This document shows, in pieces, positions 20,002 through 31,638 of a stretch of DNA of 64,000 nucleotides (positions within the stretch are counted from its first letter, which is position 1; the number at the start of each line of letters is the position of its first letter). The notes under the pieces were generated by a model. That model was not told the origin of the DNA. It did no database searches and worked only from the letters and a program-made list of their open reading frames with translations. The DNA is from Mycobacterium sp. GTDB taxonomy: Bacteria > Actinomycetota > Actinomycetes > Mycobacteriales > Mycobacteriaceae. The stretch is from positions 21,372-85,371 of the forward strand of contig JBEVFK010000097.1 in NCBI GenBank assembly GCA_040512325.1. The letters are read 5' to 3'. A program made the translations under genes and the position numbers.

Positions 20002-20616
20002 ATGACCACACCACGAATCCAACCCGTCGCCCCGCAGAACGCTCCACTGCTGACCCGAATGCTGTACCGCTACGCCAAACGCCGCTTCGGCCAGGTGCCC
20101 GAACCGTTCGCCGTCTATGCCCACCACCGCGGCCTCTTACTCGCCGGCGGCATGCACGAGGGCATGATCGACCGGGCCTCCACCACCCTGCCCGCCAATG
20201 TGCGTGAACTCGCCGTCTTCTGGACCGCGCGCACCGTCGGCTGTTCCTGGTGTGTGGACTTCGGCTCGATGCTGATGCGCCTCGACGGCCTCGACATCGA
20301 CCGGCTGCAACACATCGACGACTATGCGACATCCGACCTGTTCACCGATGACGAGCGCGCGGCCATCGCCTACGCCGATGCCATGACCACCGATCCGCAC
20401 ACCATCACCGATCAGCAGGTCGCCGACCTACGACAGCGCTTCGGCGACGACGGCGTGATCGAGCTGAGCTACCAGATCGGGGTGGAGAACATGCGGGCCC
20501 GGATGAACACTGCCCTGGGGATCACCGAGCAGGGGTTCAGCTCCGGGGACGCGTGTCGCCTCCCGTGGGCGTCGGAGCCGTCCGAGCCGGGTGATCGCGT
20601 AGCGGAGACGCGCTGA
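20002..20616 (+). CDS. carboxymuconolactone decarboxylase/AhpD-like protein
   Basis: RELAVFWTARTVGCSWCVDFG (CxxC), FTDDERAAIAYADAMT. Confidence 0.88.
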   Translation: MTTPRIQPVAPQNAPLLTRMLYRYAKRRFGQVPEPFAVYAHHRGLLLAGGMHEGMIDRASTTLPANVRELAVFWTARTVGCSWCVDFGSMLMRLDGLDIDRLQHIDDYATSDLFTDDERAAIAYADAMTTDPHTITDQQVADLRQRFGDDGVIELSYQIGVENMRARMNTALGITEQGFSSGDACRLPWASEPSEPGDRVAETR

Positions 20617-21490
20617 ACTTGTCCGGGTTGGCGATGTCCCACAGCGCGAAGACCTTTCCGTCCCGGACCGTGAGCGCCTGGATGTGCGGCTGCATCTCCG
20701 GGCCGTCATCGCCGGCCGCCAACCCGGCCGTGTAGATCCCCAGGTCGCCGTTGACCAGCGCCGGCGTACCGGAGGTGAAGAACCGCGGGCCGTACCGCTG
20801 CGCGAGCCCGAACAGGAACCGCGCCACCTTGTCGGGACCCCGGATCACCTGCGCGGCCGTCGGCGCCCGACGGTTCGCGTCGCCGGTGAAGGTGACCTCG
20901 GGATGCAGCAGGGCCACCACACCGGCCAGGTCGCCGGCGGCCATCGCCGTGAGCAGCCGGCCCACCAGCTCGTCGTGTCCGGGGTCGCGGCTCGGCGCCG
21001 GCGCGTCGGCCACCAGCCGCCGGGCCCGCGACGCGAGTTGACGGGCGGCGGCCGTGGTGCCGCCGAGGACGTCGGCGATCTCGGCGAACGGCAGTCCGAA
21101 GCCGTCGTGCAGCACGAAGGCGACCCGCTGATCCGGCGTCAGCCGCTCCAGCACCACCATCGCGGCGAAGCGGGCGTCCTCGTCAGCGACCAACGCGGCC
21201 AGCGGATCCGGCTCCCCCCACGCGGTCACCACCGGCTCGGGCAGCCAGTGCCCGACGTAGGACTCACGCCGGCGCGCCGCCGACCGCAGCCGGTCCAGGC
21301 TGAGCCGGCTGACCACCGTCGTCAACCAGGCTCGGGGATCGACAACCTCGTCGCTGCGGTCCCAGCGCAGCCACGCGTCCTGCACCGCATCCTCGGCATC
21401 GGCAAAGGTTCCGGTCAGTCGATAGGCCACGGCGAGCAGGTGCGGACGCAATGTCTCGAAGACGTCGGCACGGCCCGCAGGCGAGGTCAT
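20537..21490 (-). CDS. sigJ: ECF41 sigma factor SigJ with SnoaL-like C-terminal extension
   Basis: AEDAVQDAWLRW, YVGHWLPEP, RQLASRARR, C-terminal NPDKF. Confidence 0.92.
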   Translation of the reverse strand: MTSPAGRADVFETLRPHLLAVAYRLTGTFADAEDAVQDAWLRWDRSDEVVDPRAWLTTVVSRLSLDRLRSAARRRESYVGHWLPEPVVTAWGEPDPLAALVADEDARFAAMVVLERLTPDQRVAFVLHDGFGLPFAEIADVLGGTTAAARQLASRARRLVADAPAPSRDPGHDELVGRLLTAMAAGDLAGVVALLHPEVTFTGDANRRAPTAAQVIRGPDKVARFLFGLAQRYGPRFFTSGTPALVNGDLGIYTAGLAAGDDGPEMQPHIQALTVRDGKVFALWDIANPDKFSASPLRDHPARTAPTPTGGDTRPRS

Positions 21491-21516
21491 GATTCGAGCG
21501 TAACGCCGTCCGTGGG

Positions 21517-21578
21517 GCGCGAGTGCGTGGACTACGCGCACAGATCGGCATGTTCGGCGGGAACCCGCACACTCGCGC
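21517..21578 (-). repeat. REP-like imperfect palindrome (variant)
   Basis: Arms GCGCGAGTGCGTGG...CCGCACACTCGCGC with central CGGCATGTT (compare CGGCGTGTT in type A). Confidence 0.65.
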
Positions 21579-21586
21579 ACGACGGG

Positions 21587-21628
21587 ACACAGCAACCGAT
21601 TTCGTTGCTGTGTTACCCACAGGAAAAC
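21587..21628. promoter_or_regulatory. 27-bp palindrome (candidate Lrp/AsnC operator) with an overlapping GlnR-like box
   Basis: ACACAGCAAC-N7-GTTGCTGTGT has perfect 10-bp arms; GTTAC-N6-GAAAAC at 21612-21628. Confidence 0.55.
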
Positions 21629-21680
21629 TATGCCGTCGTAACACTCCGTGGCAACCACCGGAACCGTATATTCAGCGACC

Positions 21681-23192
21681 ATGGCTATAGCTGAACCGCC
21701 GGCCTCTCCTGCTGTCACCGGCAAGGGCCTGCAGGCCGGCGCCCTCGGGCTCGTCGGAAACATCGTCATCGGCTTGGCGGCCGTCGCACCCGCTTACAGC
21801 CTCGCCGCCACCCTCGGGTACGTGGTGCTGGCAGTGGGCGAGAAAGCCCCGTCGATGTTCGTGCTGGCGTTCATCCCGATGCTCCTGGTCGCCTTTGCCT
21901 ACAAGGAGCTCTCGCAGGACACCCCGGACTGCGGCACCACCTTCACCTGGGGCACCAAGGCCTTCGGGCCGTGGATCGGCTGGATCGGCGGCTGGGGTCT
22001 GGCCGTGTCGGCGATCATCGTGTTGGCCAATGTGTCCGAAGTTGCCGCGATCTACCTGTTCAAGTTCCTCGGCATGGACGACCTGGCCGAGAACCTCTAC
22101 GCCAAGGTGCTGCTCGGCACGTTCTTCATCATTGCCATGACCCTGCTCTCCGCGCGCGGCATCGTGGTGTCCGAACGGGTGCAGAACGTGCTGATCGCCA
22201 TTCAGTTCGGCGTCCTGATCGTGGTCAGCATCTGGGCGCTGATCCGCGTCTTCTCGGGCACCGCGGGCGAGCAGGCCATCTCCCCGTCGCTGTCCTGGCT
22301 GGTGCCGACCGGGCTGGACGCTTCGGCGATCGCCGCGGCCATCATCTTGTGCATCTTCATCTACTGGGGTTGGGACGCCTGCCTCGCGGTCGGCGAGGAG
22401 ACCAAGGATCCGGGCAGGACGCCGGGCATCGCGGCCGTCATCACCACCTTGATCCTGGTGTGCACCTACGTGCTGGTGGCCTACGCGGTGCAGTCGTTCG
22501 CCGGGTTCGGCGACACCGGTATCGGATTGAACAACCCCGAGAACACCGACGATGTGCTGACCATTCTCGGCGGGCCGGTGGCCGGCACCGTCGCGGCTTC
22601 GCTGCTGCTGCTGACCGTTTCGATCTCGGGCCTGTCCTCCACCCAGACGACGATCCTGCCGACGGCCCGCGGCACCCTGTCGATGGCGGTCTACGAGGCC
22701 ATCCCGAAGCGCTTCGCCAGCGTGCACCCGCGGTACATGACGCCGGCCTTCGGCACCATCGTGATGGGCATCGCGGCGCTGTTCTTCTACCTGGTGTTGA
22801 GTTTCCTGTCGGAGAACGCCCTGGCCGACTCGGTGGCCTCGCTGGGCCTGGCCGTCGCGTTCTACTACGGCATCACCGCCTATGCGTGCGTCTGGTACTT
22901 CCGCAGGACGCTGACCGAATCGGTGCGGAACCTGTTCTTCCGCGGCATCTTCCCGCTGCTGGGTGCGCTCGCGATGACCTGGGCGTTCATCCAGAGTGCC
23001 ACCGACATGATCAAGCCGGACTACGGCTACACGGCGTTCGGCCCGATCGGCGGCGTGTTCGTCCTCGGTGTCGGCATGCTGGTCCTCGGCATCCCGCTGA
23101 TGCTGGCCTGTTTCGCCTTCGGGACCAAGCGGTTCTTCCGCGGCGAAACCCTGACCGCCAGTACCGAAGTCAAGGTCCCGGACACCTTCTGA
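21681..23192 (+). CDS. APC family amino acid/amine permease
   Basis: About 12 TM segments, GLAAVAPAYS, PDCGTTFTW, YWGWD. Confidence 0.92.
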   Translation: MAIAEPPASPAVTGKGLQAGALGLVGNIVIGLAAVAPAYSLAATLGYVVLAVGEKAPSMFVLAFIPMLLVAFAYKELSQDTPDCGTTFTWGTKAFGPWIGWIGGWGLAVSAIIVLANVSEVAAIYLFKFLGMDDLAENLYAKVLLGTFFIIAMTLLSARGIVVSERVQNVLIAIQFGVLIVVSIWALIRVFSGTAGEQAISPSLSWLVPTGLDASAIAAAIILCIFIYWGWDACLAVGEETKDPGRTPGIAAVITTLILVCTYVLVAYAVQSFAGFGDTGIGLNNPENTDDVLTILGGPVAGTVAASLLLLTVSISGLSSTQTTILPTARGTLSMAVYEAIPKRFASVHPRYMTPAFGTIVMGIAALFFYLVLSFLSENALADSVASLGLAVAFYYGITAYACVWYFRRTLTESVRNLFFRGIFPLLGALAMTWAFIQSATDMIKPDYGYTAFGPIGGVFVLGVGMLVLGIPLMLACFAFGTKRFFRGETLTASTEVKVPDTF

Positions 23193-23213
23193 CGTGAAAG
23201 CGTAGGAACAGCA

Positions 23214-24074
23214 ATGCATTTGACAGTCGGGTACCTCGCGACCCCCACGGGCAAAGACGGTATCGCCCTGGCCGCGGAGCTGGCGCTGACATTCGACGCA
23301 GAAGTCGACGTGGTGTTGATCGTGCGGGAGGAACTGCCAGACGGCCATCCCGGACGCGCGGAGTACCAGCAACTCCTGGTCACCAAGGGTGAGGCCTGGG
23401 TGGCCGAGGCGGTCGCCACACTGGCCGACTGGGGTGTCAGCGCCGGGTCGGCAGTCCTGGTGGGTGAATCGTTTGCCCAGTCGTTGATCGAATTCGCCGA
23501 GAGCAAGTCCTCGGACATGATCGTGGTGGGCGGCGCCAAGGACGGTTTCTTCGGTGGGCACACCATCGGACCGGTGGCGGGCGCGCTCCTGCACTGCTGC
23601 CCCATTCCGGTGGCGCTGGCGCCGCGCGGCTGGGGCGAGGAGCCTCCGGTGAAGATCAAGGAGATCACCGTCGCGGTGCCGACCACCGACCGCACCGACA
23701 ACCCGCTGCCGGTGGCGTTCACGCTCGCCAGTGCGGCCGCTCTGCCCATCCGCATGGTCTCTCTGGTCACCCTCGAATACGCCACCGACGACAGCTCCAA
23801 GGCGGTGACCCGGCGCCTGCAGATCGACGCCGCCGAACAGAACCTGCTCGTCGCCGCCCGCACAGTTCCCGAGGCGCCGGACATCCAGTCCCTGGTCGCC
23901 GACGGCACCACACTGGAATCGGCGCTGCGGAAGTTGAAATGGGCCGACGGGGACCTGCTGGTGGTGGGTTCGAGCCGGTTCGCCGCGCCACGACGGATCT
24001 TCCTGGGGTCCACTGCGGCGCGCATCCTGGCCGGTGTCGACGTACCGGTGGTCGTCGTGCCGAAGGGCCAGTAA
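23214..24074 (+). CDS. tandem-domain universal stress protein
   Basis: LTVGY...IVVGG...GPV; VVGSSR...FLGSTAARIL..VPVVVVP. Confidence 0.9.
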   Translation: MHLTVGYLATPTGKDGIALAAELALTFDAEVDVVLIVREELPDGHPGRAEYQQLLVTKGEAWVAEAVATLADWGVSAGSAVLVGESFAQSLIEFAESKSSDMIVVGGAKDGFFGGHTIGPVAGALLHCCPIPVALAPRGWGEEPPVKIKEITVAVPTTDRTDNPLPVAFTLASAAALPIRMVSLVTLEYATDDSSKAVTRRLQIDAAEQNLLVAARTVPEAPDIQSLVADGTTLESALRKLKWADGDLLVVGSSRFAAPRRIFLGSTAARILAGVDVPVVVVPKGQ

Positions 24075-24101
24075 CGCTGAGGTCAGCGAGCAGAGCCCTA
24101 A

Positions 24102-25604
24102 CTACCGCTTCGCGAAAATCGTCCGGTGCCAATCCTTCTCGACCACACCGGTGATATCGCTCATCACATGCTTGATGGACAGGTACTCCTCGAACGAGTA
24201 GTCACTCATGTCCTTGCCGAAGCCGGACGCGCCCATGCCGCCATGGGGCATCTCGCTGATGATCGGGATGTGATCGTTGATCCACACACAGCCGGCCTGG
24301 ATCTCGCGTGACGCCCGCTGCGCCCGGTAGACATCGCGGGTCCACACCGAGGCCGCCAATCCGTAGACGGTGTCGTTGGCCTGGCGCAGCGCGTCGTCGT
24401 CATCGGTGAAGGACCGCACGGTCAGCACCGGACCGAACACCTCGTCGCGATAGATCTCCGACTGCTCGGAGACGTCGGCCACCAGCGTCGGCCGGTAGTA
24501 CGCGCCCGGAAGATCCGGTGCCACACCGCCGGTCACCACGCGCCCACCCTGGCCCGGTGCCCGTTCCACCATCTCGGCCACCTTGGCGCGATGCGCGTAG
24601 GAGATCAGCGGGCCCAGATCGGTGTCGGGATCCTCGGGGTCACCGACGGCCATCTTGCTCATCACCTCGCCCACGCCCGCCACGAAGTCGTCGTAGAGAT
24701 CCCTGGCCACGATCGCCCGGGTGGCCGCGGTGCAGTCCTGGCCGGAGTTGATCAGCGAGCCTGCGACGGCACCCTGGATCGCGGCATCGAGGTCGGCGTC
24801 GTCGAACACCACGAACGGCGCCTTGCCGCCGAGTTCGAGCTGGGTCCGGTGCCCGTGCACCGCGGCGGCGGCCATGACCTTGCGGCCCACGCCGGTGGAG
24901 CCGGTGAACGTCACCACGTCGACGCCCGGATGGCCGGCCAGTGCGGTGCCGACGTCGACGCCGGCACCGGTGACGACATTGAGCACGCCGTCGGGCAGGC
25001 CCGCCTCCTTGGCGATACGCGCCAGGGTCAGCGTGGTCAACGGGGTCAGCTCAGCCGGTTTGATCACCACGCTGCAGCCCGCGGCCAGCGCCGGGATCAC
25101 CTTCCAGACGGCCATCTGCAACGGGTAGTTCCACGGCGTGATGGTGGCAACGACGCCGACGGCTTCACGACGGATGCTCGAGGTGTGATCGGCGGAGTAC
25201 TCCCCGGTGGCCTTGCCCTCGAGATGCCTTGCCGCACCGGCGAAGAACACGATGTTGTCGATGCTGCCCGGGAGGTCGAATTCCCGCGCCAACCGCACCG
25301 GCTTACCGGTCTGGCTGACTTCCTCGGCGATGAACTCGTCGACGTTGGCCTCGACGAGTTCGGCCAGCTTGGCCAGGACGGTGGCGCGGTCCACCGGGGT
25401 GGCGGTGGCCCATCCCTTCAGGGCGGCGCGGGCGGAGGCGACGGCCACGTCGACATCGGCCGGGGTGGCCAACGCGAGTTCGGCCACCGTGTCGCCGGTC
25501 GCGGGGTTGATCACCCGGTGCAGCGCGCCTCCGGTGGTGACGAAGGCGCCATCAATCCAGCTGGAGGCCACTTTTCGAGTTGTTTTCGGCGCCGTGACGG
25601 TCAT
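24102..25604 (-). CDS. gamma-aminobutyraldehyde dehydrogenase-like ALDH
   Basis: [42 protein letters not shown]. Confidence 0.9.
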   Translation of the reverse strand: MTVTAPKTTRKVASSWIDGAFVTTGGALHRVINPATGDTVAELALATPADVDVAVASARAALKGWATATPVDRATVLAKLAELVEANVDEFIAEEVSQTGKPVRLAREFDLPGSIDNIVFFAGAARHLEGKATGEYSADHTSSIRREAVGVVATITPWNYPLQMAVWKVIPALAAGCSVVIKPAELTPLTTLTLARIAKEAGLPDGVLNVVTGAGVDVGTALAGHPGVDVVTFTGSTGVGRKVMAAAAVHGHRTQLELGGKAPFVVFDDADLDAAIQGAVAGSLINSGQDCTAATRAIVARDLYDDFVAGVGEVMSKMAVGDPEDPDTDLGPLISYAHRAKVAEMVERAPGQGGRVVTGGVAPDLPGAYYRPTLVADVSEQSEIYRDEVFGPVLTVRSFTDDDDALRQANDTVYGLAASVWTRDVYRAQRASREIQAGCVWINDHIPIISEMPHGGMGASGFGKDMSDYSFEEYLSIKHVMSDITGVVEKDWHRTIFAKR

Positions 25605-25738
25605 GGTGCCACGGTAGCTGACCAAGACAGCCCAGACCAGCGGTGCAGATGCGCTTTCAATCGAGCCAGGTGGGCCAGACTGCGTATATTGATTGAATTA
25701 GTTGCCCAGGACAACTGATTCCGTGCACAATCGACGGC

Positions 25739-26248
25739 ATGCGCGAATCCGGAGTTCCCCCCGGCAATGGATATGTTCGCGCGGGCAGCCAGGCCCCGGC
25801 CATGCAGCTCGACGAACTGTCCAAGGCCATCATCGAGAATCTCCAACAGGATGGCAGACGCTCCTACGCCGGCATCGGCAAGGCCGTCGGATTGTCCGAG
25901 GCGGCAGTGCGACAACGCGTGCAGCGGCTCGTCGATGCCGGGGTGATGCAGATCGTCGCCGTCACCGATCCCATGCAGCTCGGTTTCGCCCGCCAGGCGA
26001 TGATCGGTATTCGCTGCACCGGCGACACCATCAAGGTCGCCGAGCAGTTGGCGAAGCTCGAGTCCGTGGACTACGTGGTGCTGACGGCCGGTTCCTTCGA
26101 CGCCATCGTCGAAGTGGTCTGCGAGGACGACGACGACCTGCTGGACCTGTTGAACACCCATATCCGAGCTGTCCCGGGAGTGATATCCACCGAAACCTTG
26201 GTTTACTTGAGACTTGTTAAGCAACAATACAATTGGGGTACGAGATGA
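25739..26248 (+). CDS. Lrp/AsnC family regulator
   Basis: LQQDGRRSYAGIGKAVGLSEAAVRQRVQRL. Confidence 0.93.
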   Translation: MRESGVPPGNGYVRAGSQAPAMQLDELSKAIIENLQQDGRRSYAGIGKAVGLSEAAVRQRVQRLVDAGVMQIVAVTDPMQLGFARQAMIGIRCTGDTIKVAEQLAKLESVDYVVLTAGSFDAIVEVVCEDDDDLLDLLNTHIRAVPGVISTETLVYLRLVKQQYNWGTR

Positions 26249-27633
26249 CAATCACCGAAACATCGGCAAGTACTGATTACGCAGCAATGTCCGCCAAGGC
26301 AGATCGGCATCTGTGGGGACACTTCGCCCGCCACGGTGCCGGGATCACCCCGCCGATCATCACCCGTGGCGAAGGTGTCCACATCTGGGACAGTGACGGC
26401 AACAAGTTCATCGACGGGCTGTCCGGACTCTTCGTGGTGCAGGTCGGCCACGGCCGCGCCGAGTTGGCCGAAGCTGCGGCCAAGCAGGCCGAGACGCTGG
26501 CGTTCTTCCCGCTGTGGTCGTTCGCCACGCCGCCGGCGATCGAGCTGGCCGAGCGCATCGCCGGCTACGCCCCGGGTGACCTGAACCGGGTGTTCTTCAC
26601 CACCGGTGGCGGCGAGGCCGTCGAGAGTGCGTGGAAGCTGGCCAAGCAGTACTTCAAGCTGACCGGCAAGCCCGGCAAATACAAGGTGATTTCGCGGTCC
26701 ATCGCCTATCACGGCACGCCGCAGGGAGCGCTGGCCATCACCGGCATCCCGGCGTTCAAGGCGCCGTTCGATCCGCCGACCCCCGGCGGTTTCCGGGTGC
26801 CCAACACCAACTTCTACCGGGCTCCCGAGCAGTTCAGCGACGACCCCAAGGCGTTCGGGCGCTACTGCGCCGACCGGATCGCCGAGGCCATCGAGATGGA
26901 GGGCCCCGACACTGTCGCCGCGGTCTTCCTCGAACCGGTGCAGAACGCGGGCGGCTGCTTCCCGCCGCCGCCCGGGTACTTCGAGCGGGTCCGCGAGATC
27001 TGCGACGAGTACGACGTGCTCCTGGTGTCCGACGAGGTGATCTGCGCCTACGGCCGGATCGGTTCGATGTTCGCCTGCAACGACTTCGGGTACCAGCCCG
27101 ACATCATCACCTGCGCCAAGGGCTTGACGTCGGGCTACTCCCCGATCGGCGCGATGATCGCCAGCGACCGGCTGTTCGAGCCGTTCAACGACGGCTCGAC
27201 GGTGTTCGGCCACGGCTACACCTTCGGTGGACACCCCGTGTCGGCGGCGGTGGCATTGGCCAACCTCGACATCTTCGAGCGCGAGGGCATCAACGACCAC
27301 GTCAAGGAGATGGCGCCGGCGTTCAGGGCCACCCTGGAGAAGCTCTACGACCTGCCGATTGTCGGCGATGTTCGCGGTGAGGGCTTCTTCTACGGCATCG
27401 AGCTGGTCAAGGACAAGGTCACCAAGGAGACGTTCTCCGACGACGAGTGTGAGCGGCTGTTGCGCGGCTACCTGACGCCTGCGCTGTTCGAGGCCGGGCT
27501 GTACTGCCGTGCCGATGACCGCGGCGACCCGGTGGTGCAGCTGGCGCCGCCGCTCATCAGCGGGCAGAAGGAATTCGACGCCATCTACGACATCCTGCGC
27601 ACGGTGTTGACGGAGGCGTCGGCCCGGATGTAG
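26245..27633 (+). CDS. class III PLP aminotransferase (Rv3329-like)
   Basis: DGLSGLFVVQVGHG, GGEAVE, AYHG, DEVICAYGR, TCAKGLTSGY. Confidence 0.93.
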   Translation: MTITETSASTDYAAMSAKADRHLWGHFARHGAGITPPIITRGEGVHIWDSDGNKFIDGLSGLFVVQVGHGRAELAEAAAKQAETLAFFPLWSFATPPAIELAERIAGYAPGDLNRVFFTTGGGEAVESAWKLAKQYFKLTGKPGKYKVISRSIAYHGTPQGALAITGIPAFKAPFDPPTPGGFRVPNTNFYRAPEQFSDDPKAFGRYCADRIAEAIEMEGPDTVAAVFLEPVQNAGGCFPPPPGYFERVREICDEYDVLLVSDEVICAYGRIGSMFACNDFGYQPDIITCAKGLTSGYSPIGAMIASDRLFEPFNDGSTVFGHGYTFGGHPVSAAVALANLDIFEREGINDHVKEMAPAFRATLEKLYDLPIVGDVRGEGFFYGIELVKDKVTKETFSDDECERLLRGYLTPALFEAGLYCRADDRGDPVVQLAPPLISGQKEFDAIYDILRTVLTEASARM

Positions 27634-27646
27634 TTCGAGGTTGACC

Positions 27647-27692
27647 TGGCACTGAGGGCGAGATTTCCGCGGAGATCTCGCCCTCAGCGCCA
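27647..27692. repeat. long GC hairpin (REP-like or terminator)
   Basis: TGGCACTGAGGGCGAGATTTCC-GC-GGAGATCTCGCCCTCAGCGCCA, 20/22 arms, no U-tract. Confidence 0.7.
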
Positions 27693-27788
27693 TCTCCACC
27701 CGACCCCCACCACAGAAACAACATCCATCACATCTGTCACAGCGCGGCTCCGCCCAAACGGCCCGCTATTCGCCTAATCTGCATCCCG

Positions 27789-29009
27789 ATGGCCACTTCA
27801 CGACCCTTGCTCCGGGTCGCTGCCGCATTGGCAGCGGCGCTGTTGACGCTGGCCGGCCCCGCGCTGGCCCACGCCGAACCCGACGGGGCGTGCCCCTACA
27901 AGGTCACCACCCCACCGGCGATCGACGCCTCCGAGGTACCCAAGCCCGGCCAGGAAGCGCCGAAACCGCTGGCGGTGCCGACGAAACCGGTGGGCGGTGA
28001 CGCACTGGGCGGATGCGGCATCATCACCGCGCCCAATACGCCGCCCGTGCCGCAGGAGGTGTCCGCCGAATCCTGGGTGGTCGCCGACATGGACACCGGC
28101 GAGGTGATCGCCGCGCGCGATCCGCACGCGCGGCACCGCCCCGCCAGCGTGATCAAGGTGCTCACCGCGCTGGCCTCCCTCAAAGAGCTCAACCTCAACA
28201 AGCAGGTGCCCGGTACCGAGGACGACGCGGCCGCCGAGGGCACCAGCGTCGGCGTGGGACCCGGCGGCCTCTACACCGTAAACGACCTGCTGCACGGCCT
28301 GATGATGCATTCGGGCAACGACGCCGCACACGCCCTGGCGATGCAGCTCGGCGGCTGGGACACCGCGCTCGGCAAGCTCAACACGCTGGCCAGCAAGCTC
28401 GGCGGGCGCGACACCCGCGCGGCGACCCCGTCCGGGCTGGACGGCCCGGGGATGAGCACATCGGCGTATGACCTGGCGCTGTTTTACCGGCATGCCTGGC
28501 AGAACCAGGCCTTCACCGACATCGTCGCCACGCGGTCCTTCGACTTTCCCGGTCGCGACGGCAACCCGCCCTACGAGATCGTCAACGACGTCAAGCTGCT
28601 CTACAACTACCCGGGCGCGCTGGGCGGAAAGACGGGATTCACCGACGACGCCGGGCAGACGTTTGTCGGCGCCGCACAACGCGACGGCCGACGGTTGATC
28701 ACCGTGATGCTGCGCGGCACCCGCGTGCCGATTGCGCCGTGGGAGCAGGCCGCCCGCCTACTCGACTACGGATTCGCCACCCCACCGGGCACCAGCATCG
28801 GCGAGCTGGTGGAGCCGGACCCGTCGCTGATCGACCGGAAAGAGCCCACCGACGACATCGCTGCGGTCGCCGCCACCCAGGCCGCCGCCCTGGTGCCTGC
28901 TGCCGATGCGGTGCCGGTACGGGTGGGAGTCGGTGTCGTGGGTGCGGTGTTCGTCTTCGGTCTGATCATGGCCGCCCGCGCGGTCAATCGTCGTTCTGGC
29001 GCCGCCTGA
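27789..29009 (+). CDS. dacB1: D-alanyl-D-alanine carboxypeptidase
   Basis: Signal peptide, SVIK (SxxK), SGN, KTG, C-terminal TM; TAATCT 8 nt upstream. Confidence 0.92.
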   Translation: MATSRPLLRVAAALAAALLTLAGPALAHAEPDGACPYKVTTPPAIDASEVPKPGQEAPKPLAVPTKPVGGDALGGCGIITAPNTPPVPQEVSAESWVVADMDTGEVIAARDPHARHRPASVIKVLTALASLKELNLNKQVPGTEDDAAAEGTSVGVGPGGLYTVNDLLHGLMMHSGNDAAHALAMQLGGWDTALGKLNTLASKLGGRDTRAATPSGLDGPGMSTSAYDLALFYRHAWQNQAFTDIVATRSFDFPGRDGNPPYEIVNDVKLLYNYPGALGGKTGFTDDAGQTFVGAAQRDGRRLITVMLRGTRVPIAPWEQAARLLDYGFATPPGTSIGELVEPDPSLIDRKEPTDDIAAVAATQAAALVPAADAVPVRVGVGVVGAVFVFGLIMAARAVNRRSGAA

Positions 29010-30060
29010 GCTTCGAAAGACTCAGCACGCCAACGGCACCCGCGGCCGCGGCGGCAGCCGTCTGTAGCGGTCCGATGCCGGGCCGGGTGATCACCCGGGT
29101 GTTGATCACCGCAGGCTCGGGGGGTGCCACGACGTCTTCGCGCAGGTTGTCTCTGGCGGTGGCGGCAAAGGCGGTGGAGAACAACACCAACCGCGCGGTG
29201 ATGTAGGCGAACACCATCACGCCGAGCACCGGACCGAACGTCGCACCGGCCGGCCCGGTGACCACCGACTGCAGATACAACGACGCCACGAGTTTGAAGA
29301 CCTCGAACCCCACGGCGGCGAGCAGTCCGGCCCGCATGCTGCTGCGAAAGCTGATCGACTCCCGTGGCAACCGGGCGATCATCCAGGTGAAGAGCAGCCA
29401 CGACACCACCACCGACATGAGCCGTGACGCCACCTGGAGCACCACCCCCAGCACTGGCGACTCGCCGATGCCGACCAGGTCCAGCACACTGCGCATCGCG
29501 CCCCCGCTGCCGAGGGCGGAGAGCCCGATCGTCAACGCCAGGGCGACGAACGTCGACACCAAGGCCAGCAGGTCCGACAGCTTGGTCCGGACGAAGCCTT
29601 CGGGTTCGTCGCGGAACCGGCCCCACATCTGGCTCAGCGCCTCGCGCAGATTGGCCATCCAGCCGAGTCCGGCCCACGCCGCGGTGGCCAGTCCGATGAC
29701 GCCGACGGTGGTGCGGGACTCGATCGCCGAATCCATCAGTTCGACGATCTGTTCACCCATGTCCCCGGAGATCGTCGACCGGATCCAGCCGGCAACTTCG
29801 GCCATCAGATCCGGCCGGCTGGCGAGGATGAACCCGCCGATGGCGAAGCCGACCATCAGCAGCGGGAACAGCGCAAAGATCGTGAAGTAGGTGATACCCG
29901 CGGCGTAGAAGTCGCCTTTGCTGTCGGTGTAGCGATCCTGGGCGCGCATCACATGGTCGAACCAGGCCCAGCGCGCCCGGTAGCGATCCAGAATGCCCGG
30001 TTTGTCGCCGTCCTCGTCGGCGGCCGTGCCGTCAACCTCAGCCGTGGCCGGACCCGTCAC
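28984..30060 (-). CDS. YhjD/YihY (BrkB) family membrane protein
   Basis: [16 protein letters not shown], multiple TM segments, FGPVLG. Confidence 0.88.
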   Translation of the reverse strand: MTGPATAEVDGTAADEDGDKPGILDRYRARWAWFDHVMRAQDRYTDSKGDFYAAGITYFTIFALFPLLMVGFAIGGFILASRPDLMAEVAGWIRSTISGDMGEQIVELMDSAIESRTTVGVIGLATAAWAGLGWMANLREALSQMWGRFRDEPEGFVRTKLSDLLALVSTFVALALTIGLSALGSGGAMRSVLDLVGIGESPVLGVVLQVASRLMSVVVSWLLFTWMIARLPRESISFRSSMRAGLLAAVGFEVFKLVASLYLQSVVTGPAGATFGPVLGVMVFAYITARLVLFSTAFAATARDNLREDVVAPPEPAVINTRVITRPGIGPLQTAAAAAAGAVGVLSLSKLRRRQNDD

Positions 30061-30078
30061 TGCCAGCCTCCCGAGCTA

Positions 30079-31134
<1,056 letters not shown>

Positions 31135-31587
31135 TCACCGAACCCCATCCGAATCCGTCGGGGTCATGCGGCGCAGGGCGCGGAAGAACACGCGCCGTTC
31201 GTCGGCGCTCAACTCCCCCAGCCATCTCTCTTCACCGCGCTGGATCTCCGCCTGCGCCGCCTCCTTGACCGCCCGGCCGGCGTCGGTGATCGCGAGTAGC
31301 CGCACGCGGCGGTCGTCGGGGTCGGGGTAGCGCTCGATGTAGCCGTCGTTCTGCAGCGCGTCGAGGGTGCTGATGATGCGCGTCTTGTCGGCGTTGATGG
31401 CCTGGGCGAGCGCAGCCTGGGTCCGCATCGATCCGCGGTCCAGCGCTGTCAGCACGACGTAGCCCCACATCGTCAGACCGTGCGCGGCGAGGACCGGGCC
31501 CTCGGCGGCGACGAGTTCACGCATCAACGGGCCCAGCAGTTCGGCCAGGTCGGGGCGTCCGGGTGTCTGCCGACGATGTTCAGCCAC
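31135..31587 (-). CDS. MarR family regulator
   Basis: TQAALAQAINADKTRI...PDPDDRRVRLLAIT. Confidence 0.9.
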   Translation of the reverse strand: MAEHRRQTPGRPDLAELLGPLMRELVAAEGPVLAAHGLTMWGYVVLTALDRGSMRTQAALAQAINADKTRIISTLDALQNDGYIERYPDPDDRRVRLLAITDAGRAVKEAAQAEIQRGEERWLGELSADERRVFFRALRRMTPTDSDGVR

Positions 31588-31610
31588 CCGATGAGCGTAA
31601 GCGTTGCCAA

Positions 31611-31632
31611 ACGATACGCAGCTGCTTATCGT
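31611..31632. promoter_or_regulatory. near-perfect palindrome, probable MarR operator
   Basis: ACGATACGCAGCTGCTTATCGT (20/22) between divergent genes. Confidence 0.65.
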
Positions 31633-31638
31633 AGGTGA

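Noticed and set aside
27735-27761. Second ECF41 promoter (TGTCACA) before dacB1
   Set aside because: There is no CGTC at the 16-nt spacing; a SigA-type -10 explains the start.
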